A stretch of DNA of 23,199 nucleotides from Candidatus Thorarchaeota archaeon (lineage in GTDB: Archaea; Asgardarchaeota; Thorarchaeia; Thorarchaeales; Thorarchaeaceae). Location of the stretch: assembly GCA_016840855.1 (NCBI GenBank), contig JAEORO010000038.1, positions 1 to 23,199 of the forward strand. The letters are read 5' to 3'. The translations under genes were made by a program, and so were the position numbers. This document shows, piece after piece, positions 17,304-23,199 of the stretch (position 1 is its first letter; each line of letters opens with the position of its first letter). The notes under the pieces were generated by a model that was given only the letters and a program-made list of their open reading frames with translations, searched no databases and was not told the DNA's origin.

Positions 17304-18080
17304 ATGGAAGATAGAATTCGTGAACAGTGGGAAAGAAATGCTGAAGCCTTCTCAAGTCTTATTGATGGGAAAGGAACCCCACACCATAGCAAAATACTGA
17401 ACCCATGTGTCGAGAGGCTTTTAGGAGATGTGATGAACAAAAAGCTCCTTGATGCAGGCTGCGGTGAGGGGTACTTGGCTAGATACTATGCAATGAAAGG
17501 AGCAAATGTGACTGCAATTGATGTGTCACAACAGCTTATTCGGACCTCAAAGCGATTATCGGAACAGGAAGGAGTCAAAATAGAGCATCGGGTTGATAAT
17601 ATCTGCCAGATGAATACTATTCCTGACAATGCGTTTGATATCATCATTTCCAATCTAGTCTTGCTAAATGTGCCTTGTTTGGACAATGCTATGAAAGAGT
17701 TTCACAGGGTTTTGAAAATAGGTGGTGTGTTGGTATTCTCAATAGTCCATCCAGCTTTCAACTTCTATGGTCCGGGTTCCTGGGAAATGGGGGAGAAAAA
17801 TCCTGATACGAATAGAAGAGTGGGACTTTATTTCAAAGTTGATCGTTATTTCGAAGAGGAGGAGTATGAGCACTACTGGAAGAACAAGCAAGGGGAGAGG
17901 TTCCCAGAACCCATCATTTTTTTCCACCGGACACTGTCAACATACTTTAACTCAATAACACGTGCAGGTTTTCATCTGATAGAGTTCGCAGAACCTCAAC
18001 CTATTGATAATGACGAGTTTTTTGACCGAGAGAGAAGGATACCTTTTTTTGCTGTCTTTAAAGTGATGAAAAGCGAGTAG
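17304..18080 (+). CDS. Class I SAM-dependent methyltransferase
   Basis: Motifs LLDAGCGEG, AIDVS, FDII.SN, RVLK.GG.LVFS..HP and FHRTLS.Y. Confidence 0.92.
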   Translation: MEDRIREQWERNAEAFSSLIDGKGTPHHSKILNPCVERLLGDVMNKKLLDAGCGEGYLARYYAMKGANVTAIDVSQQLIRTSKRLSEQEGVKIEHRVDNICQMNTIPDNAFDIIISNLVLLNVPCLDNAMKEFHRVLKIGGVLVFSIVHPAFNFYGPGSWEMGEKNPDTNRRVGLYFKVDRYFEEEEYEHYWKNKQGERFPEPIIFFHRTLSTYFNSITRAGFHLIEFAEPQPIDNDEFFDRERRIPFFAVFKVMKSE

Positions 18081-18137
18081 TGTGCAAAGACCAAGCTTTT
18101 TTCATTGGTAATGTTAGACGGGGAGTAGGTGTGTCAA

Positions 18138-18572
18138 GTGAGTGAAGAACCTAGACTCTATCCTGTGAAACTTGTATGGACTGGCGGGAAGAGTGGCAGT
18201 CTTTTGGTTGATAGTAAAGTACCAATTAAGACAGGAATACCTTCTGGTGGATCTAACGAAGCTATGTATCACTCTCCTGAAGATCTCTTTGTCGCATCAG
18301 CTGCAATTTGTTACATGAATGGATTTGTTGAGTTCACAAGAAAGATGCGTATCGAGTTCAAATCATTCGAGTGCGATGCTATTGGGACTCTTGAAAGAGT
18401 TGAAAGAAGTTACGAGGTCACCAAGATAGACATGAAAGCAAAGGTGGTAATTGATACTGAAGAAATAAGAAACAGGATAGATCGAGCACTTGCACTCGCT
18501 GCAAAATATTGCTTTATTGGGTCAAGTATGAAGTGTCCAATTTCGCATGAAACTGAGGTTCTTGTTAAGTGA
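18138..18572 (+). CDS. OsmC/Ohr family protein (paralogue 1)
   Basis: SPEDLF.A....C and AAKYC.I..S, so both Cys are retained. GTG start at 18138 or 18129. Confidence 0.88.
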   Translation: MSEEPRLYPVKLVWTGGKSGSLLVDSKVPIKTGIPSGGSNEAMYHSPEDLFVASAAICYMNGFVEFTRKMRIEFKSFECDAIGTLERVERSYEVTKIDMKAKVVIDTEEIRNRIDRALALAAKYCFIGSSMKCPISHETEVLVK

Positions 18573-18616
18573 TATAACCAAACTCTTTTTCGTAGGGCTG
18601 TAACTAGTGAAACTGG

Positions 18617-19060
18617 ATGAATGAGATGACAGATGACACACATGAATACGTTGTCAGAGTAGATTGGAAACAGGGTCGTGTTGGAAACCTCTTTGTTGAA
18701 GGGAAACCAAATGTTGAGGTTTCAGCGCCACCAGAGTTTGAAGGACCGAAGGGAATAATATCTCCAGAGGACCTTTTTGTGGCTGCTGCAACCTCTTGTT
18801 TCATGACAACCTTTGTGACATTCACTAAGAAGATGCATATCGAGTTCAAATCATTCTCATGTGAAGGACAAGGTACTCTTGAACGAGTTGACAAGGGCTA
18901 CCAATTCACGAGAATTCGTTTGAAGACCAAGGTTGAGGTTGAGTCAGAAGACCTTAAACCTAAGGCTGAGCGAGCGCTTGATTTGGCTGGAAAATACTGC
19001 TTGGTTAGTAACTCTATGAAGTGTCCTACCGACCATGTGAATGAGATAGTTGTAGGGTAA
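18617..19060 (+). CDS. OsmC/Ohr family protein (paralogue 2)
   Basis: PPEF.G, SPEDLFVAAATSC and KYCLVSNS. The start could be ATG 18626. Confidence 0.9.
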   Translation: MNEMTDDTHEYVVRVDWKQGRVGNLFVEGKPNVEVSAPPEFEGPKGIISPEDLFVAAATSCFMTTFVTFTKKMHIEFKSFSCEGQGTLERVDKGYQFTRIRLKTKVEVESEDLKPKAERALDLAGKYCLVSNSMKCPTDHVNEIVVG

Positions 19061-19092
19061 TTTCTGTAATATGACTGACTTCAGTCGGTAGG

Positions 19093-21564
19093 TCATTCTT
19101 TGCTATCAGCAGGTGGAAGAATGTACATCACTTTATCAGACTCAGGAAGAGTCACTTCGACGAATCTGTCATCCATCGGTTTTCCAAAATTGATTTTCTC
19201 AATACCATGCATTGCTTGAAGGTCTCTTGCCCACAGTTTCAGATTCTCAGAGATATACGCCTCTGGGATCCCCTGTCGAAGAGAGAGATTATTCTCCCGT
19301 TTATACTTCCAGAACCCTGAGTTCGTTTGCAGTAAGAGTTCTGTATATTCTGTGAGGGGAGATGTCCATGTCTTCTGCGGAGTCGGATAGCTATGTCTGT
19401 GAATACCTTTCTCGTCATAGATTTCACGATAGATCCTATCTGTTATGAAAGGAGTCATAGGAGCCAGCGCTCTCGAAATTACCTTCAGCACTTCATGCAG
19501 AGTAAACCAAGCAGACTGTTGTTCTTTTTCCGTGAATGTGCTATCTGAGTTAAGCGATCTTCCTTTGAGCATCTCTAACACGTGGTCTGCAAAGAAGTTC
19601 CAAGTGAATCCACGAATCTCAATAGCAGGTTTATGGAAGTCGAGTAAGTTGCATTCTGGTACAATCCTTTCCACTAAGGCATTGGCTTCAGCAAGTATCC
19701 ACTGGTCTACTGGAGTCAGACTCTTGAATGGAATGGATTCTGGGATTGGAAACATAGAGATGAATCGAGCTATGTTATAGAGCTTGGTCATGAACTTTGA
19801 TACACCTGCTAATCGGTCTTCTGAGAATCGAACATCACTTCCAAGACCAGCCTCTAGAGCTCCATAGATTCGCATTGCATCGGCACCATATTTCTCCACA
19901 AAGGGCATCGGTGGTGGAGAGTTGCCTTTTGATTTGCTCATAGCTTCACCCTTATCGTCTACCACATGTCCGGAAACCCAGACCTCACTGAAAGCTGGTT
20001 TGCCAGTCAGCTGCAGTGTTCGAAGTAGTGAGTAGTAAAGCCAAGTCCGTACAATATCCTTTCCTTGTGGCCGCATTACATTGTTGAAAGCTTTTCTGAA
20101 AAGCTCATCATTATACATATACCCCACTGCTTGCATTCCACTTATTGAGGAGTCCATCCAAGTGTCAAATGTCCTCTCTTCACCAACAAAACCTTCCTCA
20201 GAGCCACATTCTGGGCATTTCGTGAATGGAGGGGCTTCTCGCCAGGGTTGGTAATATCTTGGCTCATCTGTCAACTCAGGAACTACTGGTTTCTTACACG
20301 ATTTACAATACCAGATTGGAATCTCTGTTCCATAATATCGACGCCTACTCACAGGCCAATCCACTGTCACTCTGTTCAGCCAGTCTATGAGGATTTGTCT
20401 ATGAAAGTCAGGGTAGAATGGTGTTTCAGCAGCAATCTTGAGTAAAGCCTCAACAAAGTCGGTTTGTTTAACATAGTATTCATCCATTGCGATGAATTCG
20501 ATAGGAGTACGACTACGCCAACATTGTGGTACTCTTTGGATTGTTTCTTCTTGTTTAAAAAGAAGTTTCTTCTCCTTGAGGTCGTCTATTATTCTTGACC
20601 GAGCATCCTCTATTTTCATCCCAGCATACAAGCCTGCAGCCTCAGTCATAGTACCGTTGGTGGCGACTGCAGCAATGGGTGTCAGTGCATGATCACGAAA
20701 AGCCATTACATCAGCTTGGTCGCCATAGCTACACACCATCAATGCACCAGTTCCAAACTCCATCTGTGCAGTGGGACTTGGTATGATAGGTACTTCGAGG
20801 TTAAAGAGAGGCACAAGTGCAGTTTTGCCTTGATAAGACTTGTATCTCTCATCATCAGGATGGACAAAGATAGCACCACACGCACAAAGTAACTCCGGCC
20901 TTGTAGTGGCAATCTCGAGAGGATCCTGTCCTTTTACTTTGAAGTATAGATAATGGAGTTTAGTTGGACGTTCTTTATACTCTACTTCAGCATCAGCAAT
21001 TGTTGTCCCGCAGTCGAAGCACCAATTGTTGGGGCGGTAATCACTATAAACCAGACCCTTTCGCCAGATATCGATGAATGTGGATTGCGTCACAGCTCTG
21101 TACCTTGGGCTGTCTGTCCGATAGCTGCCTTCAGTCTCATATGTATTAAAGGCAATGCCCAGTCTCTTGAAACCGTTGAGTGCAATCTTTTCGTCTTCAT
21201 CAAGACGCTCCTTACAAAGACGGAGAAAGTCCTTTCTTGGAGTTTCATGCATATGAATTCCAAGTTCTTTCTCGACTCGAACCTCAACTGGAAGACCGTT
21301 TCGATCTATGCCAAGTGGAAAATTCACTTCAAGACCTTGCATTCGTCTGTAGCGAGCAATTGTATCAATCTGTGTATAGTGAATTACCTGACCTACATGC
21401 ATCGGACCAGAAAGATATGGTGGAGGAGTGTCCACCGTATATATTTTCTTACCAGAGTCCATATTGAACTCGTAGGTGTCTTCATTTTTCCAGATTTTGA
21501 GTAGCTCTGCTTCTGCTTCTGGCTTCCAGCGTTTAGATTTAATCTTTGGTTCTAGCTTCGACAA
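19093..21564 (-). CDS. valS: Valine--tRNA ligase (archaeal type)
   Basis: DTPPPY.SG, HIGH-like HVGQ, D.NGLP.E, ATTRPELL, GTG (editing domain), W.VSR.R..G, FDTWMDSS, RPQGKDI.RTW and KMSKS-like AMSKS. TTG 21564 follows a GGAG SD. Confidence 0.95.
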   Translation of the reverse strand: MSKLEPKIKSKRWKPEAEAELLKIWKNEDTYEFNMDSGKKIYTVDTPPPYLSGPMHVGQVIHYTQIDTIARYRRMQGLEVNFPLGIDRNGLPVEVRVEKELGIHMHETPRKDFLRLCKERLDEDEKIALNGFKRLGIAFNTYETEGSYRTDSPRYRAVTQSTFIDIWRKGLVYSDYRPNNWCFDCGTTIADAEVEYKERPTKLHYLYFKVKGQDPLEIATTRPELLCACGAIFVHPDDERYKSYQGKTALVPLFNLEVPIIPSPTAQMEFGTGALMVCSYGDQADVMAFRDHALTPIAAVATNGTMTEAAGLYAGMKIEDARSRIIDDLKEKKLLFKQEETIQRVPQCWRSRTPIEFIAMDEYYVKQTDFVEALLKIAAETPFYPDFHRQILIDWLNRVTVDWPVSRRRYYGTEIPIWYCKSCKKPVVPELTDEPRYYQPWREAPPFTKCPECGSEEGFVGEERTFDTWMDSSISGMQAVGYMYNDELFRKAFNNVMRPQGKDIVRTWLYYSLLRTLQLTGKPAFSEVWVSGHVVDDKGEAMSKSKGNSPPPMPFVEKYGADAMRIYGALEAGLGSDVRFSEDRLAGVSKFMTKLYNIARFISMFPIPESIPFKSLTPVDQWILAEANALVERIVPECNLLDFHKPAIEIRGFTWNFFADHVLEMLKGRSLNSDSTFTEKEQQSAWFTLHEVLKVISRALAPMTPFITDRIYREIYDEKGIHRHSYPTPQKTWTSPLTEYTELLLQTNSGFWKYKRENNLSLRQGIPEAYISENLKLWARDLQAMHGIEKINFGKPMDDRFVEVTLPESDKVMYILPPADSKE

Positions 21565-21821
21565 AAGGATCAATCTCCTTGATGTCAGCAAGGGTCGGCA
21601 CTTGCCGCTTCGACTCGAACAAAGCATTTGACCTTTAAGAGTTATGGCCAAACAAAACTAACCAGGTTTAACGATGCTCCTCTATATCTATTAGTGATAG
21701 AGTATGAATGAGAAAAATCGAATCAACTCATTTTTAGAAATTACATAGATTTTGCACCAAGAGCACAATGTAAATTTGGCTGAAAAAGGTAATTTGGCGC
21801 GTCTATCCTCGTTTAGACATG

Positions 21822-21839
21822 TTTTCAACTAGTCGAAAA
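21822..21839. promoter_or_regulatory. Imperfect palindrome TTTTCAACTAGTCGAAAA upstream of pyrH
   Basis: 16/18 positions are self-complementary. It lies ~30 nt upstream of the TATA-like GAAAGCTTCATTAATAG. Confidence 0.35.
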
Positions 21840-21923
21840 TTCGTCAAACTGGTCTATTCAAGAAAGCTTCATTAATAGTGTCCAATAGATGAACCTAGTT
21901 GCTAGTGCTTTAGGGGACATTCT

Positions 21924-22619
21924 ATGAAAGCCGTACTCAAAATTGGAGGTTCGCTCCTCTATGACGATGACGGTCACGTTCGTATTGACCGGCTGAGAGA
22001 GTACGCTGAGTCAATCAAGTCCTTTGTCAAAGAGGGACACTCACTGGTTGTTGTGGTTGGTGGTGGTAGACCAGCACGCATCTTTATTTCTGCAGCTCGC
22101 GAGCTTGGTGCAAATGAGGCACAATGCGATTGGCTTGGAATTAAACTTGCCAGAAATAATGCTGAGTTACTATGTGCAGCCCTCGGTTATTTTGCATACC
22201 CCAAAATAATTGATGACTATGATGAGTTAGAAGTAGCAGTCAATCTTGGCAAAGTCGTGTTGTTGGGAGGTATGGTGCCCGGCCAGTCAACTAATGCTGT
22301 GGCTGCAGCTGCTGCGGAACTGATTCAAGCGGACATGTTGCTCAACGCAACTAATGTTGACGGTGTCTATGACCGCAATCCAGAAGAAAAGGGTGCTAAG
22401 AAATTGGACGAGGTTGACATCATTCAATTAAGGAATATTCTTTCTTCCGAAGGAACAATGGCAGGACAATACAACCTGTTTGATCCAGTAGCGATTGGAA
22501 TCGTTGAACGATCAAGAATTCCGACTGTGATATTCAATGGAAACAACCTAGACAACCTGAAAAAGGCTTTCAACAAAGAAAAGATTGGAACCCGAATCAC
22601 ACACAGCAATAAAGAATGA
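21924..22619 (+). CDS. pyrH: UMP kinase (archaeal type)
   Basis: Motifs KIGGS, VVGGG..AR, D.LGI...R.NA, PGQSTNAVAA, TNVDGVY..NP and AG.Y.LFD. Confidence 0.96.
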   Translation: MKAVLKIGGSLLYDDDGHVRIDRLREYAESIKSFVKEGHSLVVVVGGGRPARIFISAARELGANEAQCDWLGIKLARNNAELLCAALGYFAYPKIIDDYDELEVAVNLGKVVLLGGMVPGQSTNAVAAAAAELIQADMLLNATNVDGVYDRNPEEKGAKKLDEVDIIQLRNILSSEGTMAGQYNLFDPVAIGIVERSRIPTVIFNGNNLDNLKKAFNKEKIGTRITHSNKE

Positions 22620-22643
22620 ATCTAACAAAGAGGCGAAGTTGAA

Positions 22644-22934
22644 TTGAAGAGATTGCTAGAGAAAGTATTTGCATCTCGTGCACAGACACGCGTCGTTCAA
22701 CATTTTCTAGACCGTCCGAAAGAGTTCTTCAATTTGAGCAGACTAGCAAAAGAAACTGGACTAGCTCATTCTACAATTCATCGAGTGATGCAACCTCTTG
22801 TTGATATGGGGCTTGTAAAAGAAATCAAAGCGGGACAGCAGATTCGATTGTTCATTCTTGAAACAGAAGATGAAAGGTCTAAGATTATCTCAGATTTCTA
22901 TGCCAAGATTAGACCTCATTTAGAAACAAGTTAA
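22644..22934 (+). CDS. Small winged helix-turn-helix DNA-binding protein
   Basis: Pattern FNLSRLAKETGLAHSTIHRV...LVDMGLV..IK.G....LF. TTG start 24 nt after the pyrH stop. Confidence 0.8.
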   Translation: MKRLLEKVFASRAQTRVVQHFLDRPKEFFNLSRLAKETGLAHSTIHRVMQPLVDMGLVKEIKAGQQIRLFILETEDERSKIISDFYAKIRPHLETS

Positions 22935-22991
22935 GACCATTGTAAATTCTAATATTCTGTCAAAGTAGCCAAAACGGCTATATTGAGATTC

Positions 22992-23198
22992 TTATTCATT
23001 GATGTTCGAGGAGGACCAGTCGAACTTATCTGAATTCCATTTCTTCAATTTTATTCTGAGTTTCCTTCTATACGATTGATTGTATACACATTTCTCAATG
23101 GTTTCCTCTAAGTTTGTGTCATTCAAAACAATCACAGAAACGAGCACCCTCGACATAATTTTCATTGTTTTCAATATTGTATCTCGGTCGCGAGCGTC
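22992..23198 (-). CDS. 3' end of a hypothetical protein, truncated by the window edge
   Basis: The frame is open to the edge (DARDRDTILKTMKIMSRVLV...). It is convergent with the wHTH gene. Confidence 0.5.
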   Translation of the reverse strand, partial: DARDRDTILKTMKIMSRVLVSVIVLNDTNLEETIEKCVYNQSYRRKLRIKLKKWNSDKFDWSSSNINE

Positions 23199-23199
23199 A

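Noticed and set aside
18570-18572. TGA as selenocysteine read-through in OsmC paralogue 1
   Set aside because: The stop aligns with the C-terminus of paralogue 2, no SECIS-like element was seen, and both catalytic residues are Cys.
20953-21504. Long antisense ORFs (this one, 4757-5254 and others in the ORF track)
   Set aside because: They lie wholly opposite well-supported genes, have no motifs, and are typical shadow frames.

Overview
Archaeal chromosomal window, judged from the archaeal-type 16S 5' end, TATA/BRE promoters, GGTGA/GGAGG Shine-Dalgarno sites, archaeal ValRS and PyrH, and a TrmB-MEDS regulator. An Asgard/Thorarchaeota-like origin is my impression, not something shown here. From left to right: the 5' end of a minus-strand 16S rRNA gene with a ~300 nt structured leader, then tatD. 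An unannotated ~85 nt three-way-junction RNA-like element follows, sharing a 17-nt gapped motif with the 16S leader. Next are a divergent membrane protein plus wHTH pair with phased operator-like repeats, tRNA-Ala(CGC), a HEXXH peptidase, a membrane-anchored alpha/beta hydrolase and an APC permease. A four-gene operon (P3A-type H+-ATPase, APC permease, ornithine carbamoyltransferase, arginine deiminase; no carbamate kinase) lies divergent from a TrmB-MEDS regulator. The rest holds an MFS transporter, DUF302, a SAM methyltransferase, two tandem OsmC paralogues, valS, pyrH with a wHTH gene, and a truncated ORF. No mobile element or CRISPR array was seen. The most interesting candidates are (1) the ncRNA/tatD and membrane-wHTH divergon linked by sequence to the pre-16S leader and (2) the proton-pump-coupled arginine deiminase operon.
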